NCBI GenBank assembly: GCA_023383015.1
Contig: JAHDXW010000013.1
Coordinates: 25,281-89,280, forward strand
Origin: Paracoccaceae bacterium
Lineage (GTDB): Bacteria > Pseudomonadota > Alphaproteobacteria > Rhodobacterales > Rhodobacteraceae
Direction of reading: 5' to 3'
DNA: 64,000 bases
Shown: positions 42,350 to 52,464 of the stretch, piece after piece
How positions within the stretch are numbered: the stretch's first letter is position 1
How the letters are laid out: every line of letters starts with the position of its first letter
Program-made: the position numbers and the translations under genes
Notes under the pieces: model-generated
The model's database searches: none
What the model saw: the letters and a program-made list of their open reading frames with translations, nothing else
What the model was told of the DNA's origin: nothing

Positions 42350-43081
42350 TCAGACCGGGACAGCGACGGTGGCAGGCGCCGCTGCTGCCGCGGCGAGGCC
42401 GGCGAGCAGCCCGGCAAGGGCTGGGGCCTTGGACATGAAGGGCGAATGCGAGGCCGCCATCTCGATCGTCCGGCCGGCCTGGGCCGCGAAGACCCGTTGC
42501 AGCGGCACGGGCACGGCGAGGTCTTCGGTCAGCAGCAGATAGGTCGAGGGGATGCGCTGCCATGCCGCAGGGCCGACCGGCGTCGTCACCACGGCGCCGT
42601 TCTGCGGCACGAGCCGCGCCTTCGCCCAGGCGACATCTTCGGGCGTGCAGTCGCCGTAGAGGAACTCGCCCACCGCCCCGGCGACGGACCGCGCGATCCC
42701 GTCGGCCCCGATCGTGACATAGGGCGGCAGCGGCCCCGGCGGCAGGTAGCTCACCAGGCTGCGGCCGGTCGCCGGCATGAAGGCGCCGAGATAGGCGAGG
42801 TGGACGACCTCGGGGCCGGGTACGGCGTTGGTCAGGGCGACGCCGCCGTAGGAATGGGCGACGACCGTGACCGGCCCGCCAAGGCCGCGGGCGGCAGACG
42901 CGATCGCCGCGCCGTCGGCGGCGAGGTCGCCGAGCCGGGCAGGATCGCTGCCGCAGGACGGTAGGGCGACCGCGGCATGGCGGATGGCGGGAAAGTCGGC
43001 GTCGAGCGCGGCCTCGACGCGCTCCCAGCAGCAGGGACCGTGCCAGGAGCCGTGAACGAGCAGGAGGGCAGGGGTTGGCAT
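42350..43081 (-). CDS. alpha/beta hydrolase (esterase-like)
   Basis: 243 aa. LLVHGSWHG, nucleophile elbow AHSYGG, C-terminal SHSPF. Confidence 0.85.
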   Translation of the reverse strand: MPTPALLLVHGSWHGPCCWERVEAALDADFPAIRHAAVALPSCGSDPARLGDLAADGAAIASAARGLGGPVTVVAHSYGGVALTNAVPGPEVVHLAYLGAFMPATGRSLVSYLPPGPLPPYVTIGADGIARSVAGAVGEFLYGDCTPEDVAWAKARLVPQNGAVVTTPVGPAAWQRIPSTYLLLTEDLAVPVPLQRVFAAQAGRTIEMAASHSPFMSKAPALAGLLAGLAAAAAAPATVAVPV

Positions 43082-43141
43082 CGGAGTCGCTCCATGATTT
43101 ACTCCGAACCAGAGTATATCAATAGTCCGATCCGGAGTAAA
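43082..43141. promoter_or_regulatory. AT-rich divergent control region with three CGGAGT/ACTCCG half-sites (candidate PadR operator)
   Basis: CGGAGT at 43082..43087, TTTACTCCG at 43098..43106, CGGAGTAAA at 43133..43141. The last two are a perfect 9-bp inverted repeat. This is the most AT-rich stretch I noticed near these genes. Confidence 0.5.
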
Positions 43142-43884
43142 TGGCGCCGATGGACCTGCCGCCGCTGACCGTCGCCGCCCATGTCATGCTCGGCCATTTC
43201 GCCCTGCGCGACTGGACGCCCTACGAACTCGCCCGCGAGATGCGCCGCAACATCTGCTTCTTCTTCCCGCGGGCGCAGAGCCAGGTCTATTCCGAGCCGC
43301 CACGCCTGGCCGCGCGGGGCCTGCTGGTCGCGCGCGAAGAGGTGACGGGCCGGCGCCGCCGGACGGTCTATTCGATCACCCCCGAGGGGCGTGCGGCACT
43401 CGCGGCCTGGCTGGCGGCGCCGCCGGCAAAGGGCCCCGAACTCGAGGCCGAGCCGATCGCGCGGGTGATGTTCGGCCCCTTCGGCTGCGACGACGACCTG
43501 CGGCAGGCCGTGGCCAGCGTCCACGCCTCGGGGCGGAGGCTGTGCGAGACGGCCCACCGCATCTGCGCCGAGTACCAGGCCGGCCGCGCGCCGTTCCAGA
43601 CCCACATCCGCCACCGCGCGCTCCTGCACGACTTCCTGACGAGCTTCGGCATCCTGATGGAGGAATGGGCCGTGCGCTCGGCAGCGCGGATTGACGCCTG
43701 GGAGCGGGAGAACCCGGGCGAACAGACCGAGGCCGCGCGCCGGCTGATCGCGGCGTCGACCGCGCCGTGGCGGCGCGCCGACCTGCCGGCCAGCGCGGTC
43801 GCGGCGGCCCGCCGCGGCGCCGAGGCAGGCGCGCTCAGCCCGTCGCGCCGGAGGCGGCCGCCTGCCCGGGGGACGCGAACCTGA
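43141..43884 (+). CDS. PadR family transcriptional regulator
   Basis: 247 aa. Winged-helix block TPYELAREM...YSEPPRLAARGLL...YSITPEGRAAL. Divergent from the hydrolase gene. Confidence 0.8.
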   Translation: MAPMDLPPLTVAAHVMLGHFALRDWTPYELAREMRRNICFFFPRAQSQVYSEPPRLAARGLLVAREEVTGRRRRTVYSITPEGRAALAAWLAAPPAKGPELEAEPIARVMFGPFGCDDDLRQAVASVHASGRRLCETAHRICAEYQAGRAPFQTHIRHRALLHDFLTSFGILMEEWAVRSAARIDAWERENPGEQTEAARRLIAASTAPWRRADLPASAVAAARRGAEAGALSPSRRRRPPARGTRT

Positions 43885-44215
43885 TCGATTCGCCGCAGCC
43901 GCACGAATCCACCACATTGGGGTTGCGGAAGCGGAAGCCCGAGGCGAGCAGGTCGGTCTCGTAGTCGATCTCGGTGCCGATCAGGAACATCTGCGCCATC
44001 GGCGCGATCAGCACCCGCGCCCCGTCCTGCTCGACCACCTCCTCGTGCGGCCGGGGCTCGGCGGCGAGCTCCATGGTGTATTCCATTCCCGCGCAGCCGC
44101 CCTTGCGGACGCCGATGCGCAGTGCGTGGGCGCCCTTGCCCTGCATCAGCCGGGCCACCTGGGCGGCGGCGCGCGGGGTCAGGGTGACGGCGGCCTTGCC
44201 GGGAATGCCGAACAT
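43835..44215 (-). CDS. sufA: iron-sulfur cluster assembly accessory protein (A-type carrier, IscA/SufA/ErpA family)
   Basis: 126 aa. LRIGVRKGGCAGMEY...FRFRNPN...SCGCGES conserved Cys triad. Confidence 0.88.
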   Translation of the reverse strand: MFGIPGKAAVTLTPRAAAQVARLMQGKGAHALRIGVRKGGCAGMEYTMELAAEPRPHEEVVEQDGARVLIAPMAQMFLIGTEIDYETDLLASGFRFRNPNVVDSCGCGESIRFASPGQAAASGATG

Positions 44216-44216
44216 C

Positions 44217-44801
44217 TCAGACCTCTCGGGGGGCGGCCGCGGCGCGGATCGGCCGGGCGGGGTTGCCGGCGACGGCGGTGCCGGCGGCGACCGGGCGGGT
44301 GACGACGGCGCCGGCGCCGATCACCGCGCCGTCGCCGACCTCGACGCCGGGCAGCAGGATGGCGCCGCCGCCGATCCAGACATCGGCGCCGACGGTGACC
44401 GGGCGGCCCCACTCCAGCCCCGCGGCACGGGCGGCCGCGTCGCGGGGATGGTCGGCAGCAAGGATCTGGACATGCGGGCCGATCTGGCTGCGCGCCCCGA
44501 TCCGCACCGCGCAGACGTCGAGGACGACGCAGCCGAAGTTCAGGAAGCAGCCCTCGTCGAAGAAGATGTTGACGCCGTAGTCGACGTGGAACGGCGGCCG
44601 GATCACCGCCCCCGACCAGCGCCCGAGCAGCGCACCCATGATCTCGGCCCGCCGCGCGTCCTCGCCCCAGATGGTGGCGTTGTAGTCGCGTACCAGCGCC
44701 TGGGCGCGCCTGCGCAGGGCCGCAAGCTCGGGGTCGCCGGGCCGGTAGGGCAGCCCCGCGAGCATCCGGTCTCGTTCGCTCTGCACCGCCGCGGCCGCCA
44801 T
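44217..44801 (-). CDS. maltose/galactoside-type sugar O-acetyltransferase (left-handed beta-helix)
   Basis: ATG at 44801 within ORF 44217..44873(-). N-terminal Mac domain (ERDRMLAGLPY), then hexapeptide repeats IGADVWIGGGAILLPGVEVGDGAVIGAGAVV. Confidence 0.85.
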   Translation of the reverse strand: MAAAAVQSERDRMLAGLPYRPGDPELAALRRRAQALVRDYNATIWGEDARRAEIMGALLGRWSGAVIRPPFHVDYGVNIFFDEGCFLNFGCVVLDVCAVRIGARSQIGPHVQILAADHPRDAAARAAGLEWGRPVTVGADVWIGGGAILLPGVEVGDGAVIGAGAVVTRPVAAGTAVAGNPARPIRAAAAPREV

Positions 44802-44806
44802 CGCCG

Positions 44807-45172
44807 TCACATGAACCCCAGTTCCAGCCGCGCGGCGTCGGACATCATGTCCATGCCCCACTGCGGCTCCCACACGAGGTCGACGTCGACCTGCGACACG
44901 CCCGGCACGGCGCCCACCGCATCGGCCACCCAGCCCGGCATCTCGCCGGCGACCGGGCAGCCCGGCGCGGTCAGCGACATGGCAATGCGCACCCAGCCCG
45001 CCGGGTCGATCTCGATCGAGTACACTAGGCCGAGGTCGTAGATGTTGACGGGAATCTCGGGGTCGTAGACCGTGCGGCAGGCCTCGACCACCGGCTCGTA
45101 GAGCGGATGGTCGACGCTGGACGGGCGGATCAGCGGCTCGCCTTCGGCCGGGGGGGTGGTCTGGGCGGTCAT
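44807..45172 (-). CDS. sufT: SUF-associated DUF59 Fe-S assembly protein (SufT-like)
   Basis: 121 aa from ATG 45172. [17 protein letters not shown]...MSLTAPGCP. Confidence 0.85.
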   Translation of the reverse strand: MTAQTTPPAEGEPLIRPSSVDHPLYEPVVEACRTVYDPEIPVNIYDLGLVYSIEIDPAGWVRIAMSLTAPGCPVAGEMPGWVADAVGAVPGVSQVDVDLVWEPQWGMDMMSDAARLELGFM

Positions 45173-45182
45173 GGGCCTCTCG

Positions 45183-45215
45183 CCGATATCCTGAGTGAAG
45201 ATATAGGATATTCGG
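45183..45215. promoter_or_regulatory. near-palindrome immediately upstream of sufT (candidate Fe/Fe-S regulator site)
   Basis: CCGATATCCT (45183..45192), 12 nt, AGGATATTCGG (45205..45215). The ATATCCT/AGGATAT arms are perfect. Lies 11 to 43 nt upstream of the sufT ATG. Confidence 0.35.
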
Positions 45216-45322
45216 GCGGGAGGGTAAAGGGAGGCCGCCGCGACGCCCTGCGGCCGCCGGCGGGGGCTTGGCGCGGCGGCGAATCCGGGCCAGAAGGCGC
45301 GCCCCGGAACCACGGAGGGGGC

Positions 45323-46453
45323 ATGGCGCAGGCGTTCGGTTTCACGGTGACGGCGACCGACGGGAGCGCCCGCGCGGGGGTGATCGCGACGCCCCGCGGC
45401 ACCATCCGCACCCCCGCCTTCATGCCCGTCGGCACCGCCGCGACGGTCAAGGCGATGCTGCCCGACAGTGTCGCGGCCACCGGCGCCGACATCCTGCTCG
45501 GCAACACCTACCACCTGATGCTTCGCCCCGGCGCCGGGCGCATCGCCGCCCTCGGCGGGCTGCACCGCTTCATGAACTGGGACCGCCCGATCCTGACCGA
45601 CTCGGGCGGCTACCAAGTGATGAGCCTCGCGGGGCTGCGCCGGCTGTCGGAGGACGGCGTGCGCTTCCGCTCGCACATCGACGGCTCCGAGCATCTGCTC
45701 TCGCCCGAGCGCAGCATGGAGATCCAGCGCCAGCTCGGCTCCGACATCGTCATGGCCTTCGACGAATGCACCCCGTTCCCGGCCCCAGAGGCGGCGGCGG
45801 CGGCCTCGATGCGGCTGTCGATGCGCTGGGCGGCACGGTCACGGGCGGCCTTCGGCGAGCGGCCGGGGCATGCCCTCTTCGGCATCCAGCAGGGCTCGGT
45901 CTACCGCGACCTGCGCGCCGAGAGCGCCGCCGAACTGGCCGGGATCGGCTTCGACGGCTATGCCGTTGGCGGGCTCGCGGTGGGCGAGGGGCAGGAGGCG
46001 ATGTTCGCCGTGCTCGACTACGCGCCGGCCATGCTGCCCGCCGACCGGCCGCGCTACCTGATGGGCGTGGGCAAGCCCGACGACATCGTCGGCGCGGTGG
46101 TGCGCGGCATCGACATGATGGACTGCGTGCTGCCGACCCGCTCGGGGCGGACGGGGCAGGCCTTCACCCGCCGCGGCACGGTGAACCTGCGCAACGCCCG
46201 CCACGCCGCCGACCCCCGGCCGCTGGACGAGGCCTGCACCTGCCCGGCCTGCCGCGGCTACAGCCGCGCCTACCTGCACCATGTCCACCGGGCGGGCGAG
46301 ATCATCGCGGCAATGCTCGTCACCTGGCACAACCTGCACTACTACCAGGAGTTGATGGCCGGGCTCAGGACGGCGATCGCGGCCGGCCGGCTGGCGGGCT
46401 TCGTGGCCGCCTTCGAGCGGCTGCGCGCCGAGGGCGACATCCCGCCGCCCTGA
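45323..46453 (+). CDS. tgt: tRNA-guanine transglycosylase (queuine tRNA-ribosyltransferase)
   Basis: ATG at 45323 preceded by GGAGGGGG. Carries [24 protein letters not shown], the Zn site CTCPAC...H, and MFDCVLPTR-like DCVLPTR. Confidence 0.95.
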   Translation: MAQAFGFTVTATDGSARAGVIATPRGTIRTPAFMPVGTAATVKAMLPDSVAATGADILLGNTYHLMLRPGAGRIAALGGLHRFMNWDRPILTDSGGYQVMSLAGLRRLSEDGVRFRSHIDGSEHLLSPERSMEIQRQLGSDIVMAFDECTPFPAPEAAAAASMRLSMRWAARSRAAFGERPGHALFGIQQGSVYRDLRAESAAELAGIGFDGYAVGGLAVGEGQEAMFAVLDYAPAMLPADRPRYLMGVGKPDDIVGAVVRGIDMMDCVLPTRSGRTGQAFTRRGTVNLRNARHAADPRPLDEACTCPACRGYSRAYLHHVHRAGEIIAAMLVTWHNLHYYQELMAGLRTAIAAGRLAGFVAAFERLRAEGDIPPP

Positions 46454-46474
46454 CGGCCCGCGCGCCGCCGCCCG

Positions 46475-47137
46475 TCAGGGCTCGGCAACCCCGCCGAGGG
46501 CGGTGGCAAGCCGCAGGAAGGTGGCGCGCGCGGCGTAGAGATGGGTGGTCATCACCGCGTCGGCCCAGTCGGGGTCGCCGGCAGCGAACGCGGCCAGAAG
46601 CTCGCGGTGGTGCGACTGGCTGCGCTCCAGTTCCTCGGCCGTCCAGCCGCGGAAGGTCGGGCTGGTCAGCCGCCGGCGGGCCACCCCGCGGACCGCCGAC
46701 GAGGTGGCGCCGCTGCCCGACTGCGACAGGATCGCCCAGTGGAAATCCTCGTTGGCCTGCCGGTAGAGCCGAAGGTCGGGCTCGGGGCCGCAGCGCGCCG
46801 TCTCCATCCGCGCGATGCACTCGGCCAGCGCCTCCAGGAAGCGGCCGTCGACGCGGCTCGCGGCCAGCCGGGCCGCGAGCGGCTCGAGCCGCGCCCGCAC
46901 GATGAAGATGTCGACCACCGTGACCGGGTTCACCTCGGCGAGGTGGACGCGCCGGTTGGCCCGCCGCTCGACGATGCCCTCGGCCTCGAGCCGCTTCAGC
47001 GCCTCGCGCACCGGTGTCCGGCTGACCTGCAGCCGCTCGGCCAGCCCCTCCTCGGGCATGGCGTCGCCGGCGATGTAGACGCCCTCGAGGATCAGCCCGC
47101 GGATGCGCTCGTAGACGTCGTCCCTGCGCGGGGTCAC
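46475..47137 (-). CDS. GntR family transcriptional regulator (FadR/FCD subfamily)
   Basis: GTG at 47137 within ORF 46475..47512(-). HTH block LAERLQVSRTPVREALKRLEAEGIV followed by an all-helical FCD domain. Confidence 0.85.
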   Translation of the reverse strand: MTPRRDDVYERIRGLILEGVYIAGDAMPEEGLAERLQVSRTPVREALKRLEAEGIVERRANRRVHLAEVNPVTVVDIFIVRARLEPLAARLAASRVDGRFLEALAECIARMETARCGPEPDLRLYRQANEDFHWAILSQSGSGATSSAVRGVARRRLTSPTFRGWTAEELERSQSHHRELLAAFAAGDPDWADAVMTTHLYAARATFLRLATALGGVAEP

Positions 47138-47166
47138 GCCCGCGGCTCCTGCTGACGGGGCTCCAT

Positions 47167-48348
47167 TCAGTGCAGGCCCCGCGCGGCCATCCACGCCAGC
47201 ATGTGGCGGGCCGCCTCGTCCAGATGTCCGGGCTGGCCGACGAAGTAGTGGTTGGCCCCCTCGACGCGCAGCATGCTCTTGTCGCGGCTGCCGATGGCGG
47301 CGTGGATGAGCGTCGTGTGCGGCTGCGGCACGGCATCGTCGGCGCCGCACTCGATCGCCAGGAACGGCACCGAGACCGAGGATCCCCACCGCAGGCTGTC
47401 GGCAAGCGAATCGTCGTGCGACCACTGCGACAGCCAGCTCCGCAGCGTCGAGAACCGCGCCAGGCCGACGGGGCCGCTGTTCACCGTCTCGGGATGGCCG
47501 AGGTAGCACCACATCGGCTTGCGTCCGTTGGGGTCGATGGCGGTGTCGAGCCAGCGCGGGTCGGCCATCGTCCGGTATGTGACGAAGCCGCGCTCGACCT
47601 CGGCGCCGCCGCGCCGGCGCAGCGTCTCCAGCGTCTCGTGCACGCGCGCGGTGATGCGGCGGATGCGCGCCAGCTGTGCCTGGCGGTAGGCGGCAAGGAA
47701 GCCTGCCTCATAGCGCGGCGCCGTGTCGGCATAGCCGGGCCGGTAGAGGTCGAGCGCGGGGTCGCGGTCGTCGGGGTCGTTCTCGTCGCGCACCGAGGGG
47801 TCGATCCACTCCGACAGCACCTTGGCGCGCGAGTGATGCGCCGCGAGGCTCAGCAGTGCGTCGGCCGGAACAAGGCCCGCGCCGGGAATGTCGACAGGGT
47901 CGCCCGCCGGCGTCCTGGTGACGCTCGGCCGTTCGGCCTGCGCCTGGTAGTAGCAGGCCAGCGAGCCGCCGCCGCTCCAGCCGCACAGCACGACCTTCTC
48001 GTATCCCCACTCGTCCCGGGCGGCGCGGATGTAGGCGCCGAGGTCGACCAGCACGTTCTCCATGATCAGGGCGGTGTCGTTGCGCTGGTAGCGGCTCCCG
48101 GCGGCCAGCACATGGCAGCCCATCGCTGCCAGCCGGTTCGGCAGCGGCAGCAGCTGAAGCGTCGAGGCGGGGTGCATGAACACCAGAAGCGTCCGGCTCG
48201 CGTGCCCTTCCGGGTGCAGGAGCACGCCCTCGAGGTTGACCGCCCCCTGGCTTCCCGAGAACCCGTAGGTCTCCGTGAAGGCCGCCGGATTGCGGAACGC
48301 GATGTGCTTCCAGCTCCGGATGACGGGGTAGGTGGGGGTCTCGGTCAT
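47167..48348 (-). CDS. alpha/beta hydrolase of unknown specificity
   Basis: 393 aa. Nucleophile elbow GWSGGG, with a candidate acid (GADDAVP) and His (GANHYF). ATGA overlap with the upstream ATPase stop. Confidence 0.75.
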   Translation of the reverse strand: MTETPTYPVIRSWKHIAFRNPAAFTETYGFSGSQGAVNLEGVLLHPEGHASRTLLVFMHPASTLQLLPLPNRLAAMGCHVLAAGSRYQRNDTALIMENVLVDLGAYIRAARDEWGYEKVVLCGWSGGGSLACYYQAQAERPSVTRTPAGDPVDIPGAGLVPADALLSLAAHHSRAKVLSEWIDPSVRDENDPDDRDPALDLYRPGYADTAPRYEAGFLAAYRQAQLARIRRITARVHETLETLRRRGGAEVERGFVTYRTMADPRWLDTAIDPNGRKPMWCYLGHPETVNSGPVGLARFSTLRSWLSQWSHDDSLADSLRWGSSVSVPFLAIECGADDAVPQPHTTLIHAAIGSRDKSMLRVEGANHYFVGQPGHLDEAARHMLAWMAARGLH

Positions 48349-49451
48349 GGGGCGTGTCCTGTTCTTGTCGCGTCGGTGCCCGGTCGCGATGGCGGCCGGC
48401 CGGCGGTGCCGGAGGGGTCAGTCAGTGCGCCGAAGAGATGGCAGCGGGCCGCATGACCCGCCCCGACCGCGAGGAGCTCGGGCTCGCCGCGCCGGCAGAT
48501 GTCGGCGGCATGGGGACAGCGGGCGGCGAACCGGCACCCTTCAGGGGCGTCCAGCGGCGAGGGCACATCGCCCTCCAGGACCACGCGCGTGCGCCGCACC
48601 AGCGGGTTGACGTTCGGGATCGCGGCCATCAGGCGCTGCGTGTAGGGATGCGCCGGCTGCTGCAGCACCCGGCGCACCGGCCCCTCCTCGACGATGCGGC
48701 CCAGGTACATGACGGCGACCCGATCGCAGATGTAGCCCACCGTCGCGATGTCGTGCGAGATGTAGAGGACCGCCAGGCCGAGCTCGCGCGACAGCATGTC
48801 CAGAAGCTCGAGCACCCCGGCCTGCACCGAGACGTCCAGCATCGAGACCGGCTCGTCGGCGACGATGAAGCCGGGGTCGAGCACCAGCGCCCGGGCGATC
48901 GCCACCCGCTGCCGCTGGCCGCCCGAGAGGTCCGAGGGAAAGCGGTCGCGGAACTCGCCGGGGGGCAGTCGGACATGGCTCAGCGCCGCGTCGACCTTCG
49001 CCCGGCGGTCCTCGCGGCTGCCGATGCGGTGGATGCCCAGCGGCTCGGCCACGATCTCGCCCACCGTCAGCCGGGGGTTGAGCGAGCTGTAGGGATCCTG
49101 GAAGATGATCTGCGCCCGGCTGCGGAAGCGCTTGAGCTCGGCGCCGCCGATGTGGGTGATCGGCCGGCCGTGATGGAGGATGTCGCCGCCGGTCGGCTCG
49201 ATCATCCTGACCAGCGTCATGCCGAGGGTGGACTTGCCACAGCCGCTCTCGCCCACCAGCCCCAGCACCTCGCCGGCCCGGATGCTCAGGTCGACCCCGT
49301 CGAGCGCGCGCGCGAGCCGCCCCGGCCGCCCGGCCAGGGCGGCGATGATGCCCCCGCCGACGCGGAAATGGGTCTTCAGCCCGCGCGCCTCGATCACCGG
49401 CGCCGCGTCCTGCCCGGGCCTCACCGCACCGCCTCCGCCATCGCCTTCCAT
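48345..49451 (-). CDS. oligopeptide/dipeptide ABC transporter ATP-binding protein (DppF/OppF-like)
   Basis: Walker [35 protein letters not shown]-terminal oligopeptide-ABC Cys motif. ATG at 49451; a GTG at 49424 would give a GTGA overlap with the upstream stop. Confidence 0.9.
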   Translation of the reverse strand: MEGDGGGGAVRPGQDAAPVIEARGLKTHFRVGGGIIAALAGRPGRLARALDGVDLSIRAGEVLGLVGESGCGKSTLGMTLVRMIEPTGGDILHHGRPITHIGGAELKRFRSRAQIIFQDPYSSLNPRLTVGEIVAEPLGIHRIGSREDRRAKVDAALSHVRLPPGEFRDRFPSDLSGGQRQRVAIARALVLDPGFIVADEPVSMLDVSVQAGVLELLDMLSRELGLAVLYISHDIATVGYICDRVAVMYLGRIVEEGPVRRVLQQPAHPYTQRLMAAIPNVNPLVRRTRVVLEGDVPSPLDAPEGCRFAARCPHAADICRRGEPELLAVGAGHAARCHLFGALTDPSGTAGRPPSRPGTDATRTGHAP

Positions 49452-50503
49452 GTCTCCGGCAGGGCGCCGAGCCGGCGGAACTCTCCGGCCTGCGCGGCAT
49501 GGTGGCAGGCCGCCGCCTGGCCGGGCGCGGCCGGGCGCAGCGCCGGATCCTCGGCGCGGCAGCGGTCGGTGGCGAAGGGACAGCGCGGCGCAAATCGGCA
49601 GCCCGCGGGCGGCGCAAGCAGGTCGGGCAGCGCCCCGGCGATCGAGATCAGGGGCGGCCGCCGCTCGCCCTCCGCGGGCATGCGCGGGAAGGCGTTGTGC
49701 AGGCCGATGGTGTAGGGGTGGCTGGGCCTGACCAGCACCTCGCTCGCCGGGCCCGATTCGACGATCCGGCCGGCGTACATCACCGCCACGCTGTCGCAGT
49801 TCTCGGCGACCAGCCCGACGTCATGGGTGACGAGGATCATCGAGCGGTGCAGCACCTCCTTGATCCGGCGGATCCGCGCCATGATCTGGTCCTGCATGAT
49901 GGGGTCGAGCGCGGTGGTCGGCTCGTCGGCCAGCAGCAGCCCCGCATTCAGGCTCAGTGCCATTGCGATCACGGCGCGCTGGCGCATCCCGCCCGAGAAC
50001 TGGTGGGGGTAGTCCTCCAGCCGCCCCGGCGGCAGCCCGACCAGCGCAAACAGCGTCTCGGCCCGCGCCCAGGCGGTCGCGCGGCCCACCTCCTCATGGG
50101 CGCGGATCGATTCGACGATCTGGTCGCCGACGCGGATGACCGGGTCGAGCGCGTTCATCGCGCTCTGGGTGATCAGCGCGATCTGGTTCCAGCGCACCCG
50201 CCGCAGTGCCCGCGCATCCATCGCCAGGATGTCGCGGCCGTCCAGCAGCACCCGGCCCCCGACCCGCGCGCTGTCCGGCAGCAGGCGCATCAGCGCCTTG
50301 ACCACGGTGCTCTTGCCGCAGCCCGATTCGCCGACGAGCCCCAGCACCATGCCGGGCCTGACCTCGAAGGACACCCCGTCGACGGCCGCCACCGGCCCGC
50401 GCCGCGACTGGTAGACCACCCGCAGCCCCTCGACGGCAAGGTGCACGGGCGGCTTGGCGCCGAGGCGGCGGTCGAACTCGGTCTCGGGGATCGCGCCGGC
50501 CAT
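49421..50503 (-). CDS. oligopeptide/dipeptide ABC transporter ATP-binding protein (DppD/OppD-like)
   Basis: 360 aa. [33 protein letters not shown]. Confidence 0.9.
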   Translation of the reverse strand: MAGAIPETEFDRRLGAKPPVHLAVEGLRVVYQSRRGPVAAVDGVSFEVRPGMVLGLVGESGCGKSTVVKALMRLLPDSARVGGRVLLDGRDILAMDARALRRVRWNQIALITQSAMNALDPVIRVGDQIVESIRAHEEVGRATAWARAETLFALVGLPPGRLEDYPHQFSGGMRQRAVIAMALSLNAGLLLADEPTTALDPIMQDQIMARIRRIKEVLHRSMILVTHDVGLVAENCDSVAVMYAGRIVESGPASEVLVRPSHPYTIGLHNAFPRMPAEGERRPPLISIAGALPDLLAPPAGCRFAPRCPFATDRCRAEDPALRPAAPGQAAACHHAAQAGEFRRLGALPETWKAMAEAVR

Positions 50504-50504
50504 G

Positions 50505-51398
50505 TCAGTCCCTCCGCAGGCGCGGGTTGGCCTGTTCCTCGAAGGCCCGGCCGACGAGGTAGAGCGCCGAGATCAGCATCACCAGCGCCACGCTCGGCGG
50601 CACCACCCACCACCAGGCCGAGCGCAGGTTGCCGCTCGCGAAGGCGGTGTTCAGCATCTGCCCCCAGCTGACCACCGAGGGGTCGCCGAGGCCGATGAAG
50701 CTGAGGCTCGCCTCGGTCAGGATCGCGAAGGCCACCGACATCGTCACCCACAGGAAGACGACGCGGAAGACGTTGGGCAGGATGTGGCGCAGGATCACGT
50801 GCAGATGCGACGCCCCCGCCGCCCGTGCCCAGCGCACGTAGACGCGCTCGCGCTCGGTCAGCACCGCCGCGCGGATGATGCGCGCGCCGTTGCGCCAGAA
50901 CAGGATCGCGATCACCAGGATGATGTTGTTCACGCTCGGCCCGAGCAGGCCGACGGCGACGATCGCGAAGGGCAGCGTCGGGATCGACAGCGCGATGTCG
51001 GTCACCCGCATCAGCACGTCGTCGACGATCCCCCCGAAATAGCCCGAGACGACCCCGAACAGCGTCGAGATGACGCCGACCGCCAGCGCCCCGAGGATGC
51101 CGACCAGCAGCGCGATGCGGAACCCGAGGATGAACTGCGAGAAGACGTCGTGCCCGAAGGTCGTGGTGCCGAGCCAGTGCTCGCCCGAGGGCGGGCGCAG
51201 CCGCATGAGCCGGCCCTCTGGGGTCAGCGCGGCCTCGTAGGGGGGATGGGTGGCGATCCAGGGCGCAAGGATGGCGACCGCCACGAACACGACCAGCACC
51301 GCAAGCCCGGCGACGGCGAAACCGTCGCGCAGCAGCGGCCGCAGCGGCTCGACCAGCCAGAAGCGGCGCCGGGCGGTTCTGCCGGGGGAAGCTGCCAT
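50505..51398 (-). CDS. ABC transporter permease (DppC/OppC-like)
   Basis: 297 aa, 6 TM, with the EAA-type loop ARAAGASHLHVILRHILPN. Confidence 0.9.
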   Translation of the reverse strand: MAASPGRTARRRFWLVEPLRPLLRDGFAVAGLAVLVVFVAVAILAPWIATHPPYEAALTPEGRLMRLRPPSGEHWLGTTTFGHDVFSQFILGFRIALLVGILGALAVGVISTLFGVVSGYFGGIVDDVLMRVTDIALSIPTLPFAIVAVGLLGPSVNNIILVIAILFWRNGARIIRAAVLTERERVYVRWARAAGASHLHVILRHILPNVFRVVFLWVTMSVAFAILTEASLSFIGLGDPSVVSWGQMLNTAFASGNLRSAWWWVVPPSVALVMLISALYLVGRAFEEQANPRLRRD

Positions 51399-51405
51399 GT
51401 CGGCC

Positions 51406-52371
51406 TCACCTGTAGACGACGCGGGGGTCGAGCTTGCCGTAGGTCAGGTCGGCGGCGAGATTGGCCAGCACGATCATGACCGCGAGCAGGAAGAAGGCCG
51501 CCTGCGCCAGCGGATAGTCCTGCCGCGTCACCGCCAGCACCAGCTCGCGGCCGATGCCGGGCCAGCTGAAGACGATCTCGACCACAACGATGCCGGCGAT
51601 CGTCTCGGCCAGGGCGGGGAACAGCCAGGTGATCAGCGGCAGCATCGAGTTGCGGCCGGCGTGCCAGGCCACGCGGGCGTCCGAGACGCCCTTGGCGCGC
51701 ACCAGCTCGATGTAGTCCTCGGTGCGGTTCTCGACCACGCCGCTGCGCATCAGCAGCAGGTTCTCGGGAATGAAGTAGATGACCACCGCGAGGACCGGCA
51801 GGATCAGGTGCAGCAGGAACTCCCAGCGCAGGTAGCGCGCGATCCCGGTGGCATCGCCGGCGTTGCCCATGCCGAAGCCCGGCAGCCAGCCGAGCCAGCT
51901 CGAGAACACCGCCAGCAGGGCGATGCCGATGATGAAGCTCGGCGTGCCGCGGATGATCGTGGCGATCAGGATGCCGCCGCGCTCGACCGCGCCGCCCCGG
52001 CGTGCCCAGCCGACCGCCATCCCCAGCGCGGCGCCGATCAGCGCCCCCAGCAGCAGACCCGGCACCGCGATCCACAGCGTGTTGACGATCCGCGGCAGCA
52101 GCACGTCCCAGACCGGCATCCGGTAGAAGAACGAGTTGCCGAAGTCGCCGGCCAGCAGGTTGGCGAGATAGCGCAGGTATTGCTGCCAGAGCGAGCCGGT
52201 CAGCCCCCAGCGCTCGAGCAGCGCCTGGCGCGCCTCCTCGGACATGCCGCGCTCGACCATCATCACCGTGGGGTCGGACGGCACGATGCGGAAGAGGAAG
52301 AACATGATCGTGGTCACCGCGAAGACCACGACGAGGGACTGCAGCAGCCGCCGCAGGATGTAGGCGCGCAT
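51406..52371 (-). CDS. ABC transporter permease (DppB/OppB-like)
   Basis: ATG at 52371 (MRAYILRRLLQS...) within ORF 51406..52380(-). Contains VRAKGVSDARVAWHAGRNSMLP. Confidence 0.9.
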   Translation of the reverse strand: MRAYILRRLLQSLVVVFAVTTIMFFLFRIVPSDPTVMMVERGMSEEARQALLERWGLTGSLWQQYLRYLANLLAGDFGNSFFYRMPVWDVLLPRIVNTLWIAVPGLLLGALIGAALGMAVGWARRGGAVERGGILIATIIRGTPSFIIGIALLAVFSSWLGWLPGFGMGNAGDATGIARYLRWEFLLHLILPVLAVVIYFIPENLLLMRSGVVENRTEDYIELVRAKGVSDARVAWHAGRNSMLPLITWLFPALAETIAGIVVVEIVFSWPGIGRELVLAVTRQDYPLAQAAFFLLAVMIVLANLAADLTYGKLDPRVVYR

Positions 52372-52464
52372 GGCTATCACCCTTCCCGATCCGGCGGGCC
52401 GGTCCCCGGCCCGCCGGCAGCGGCCGGGGGCGCGCCGCGCGCCCCCGGGCCGGCCACCGCCGGC

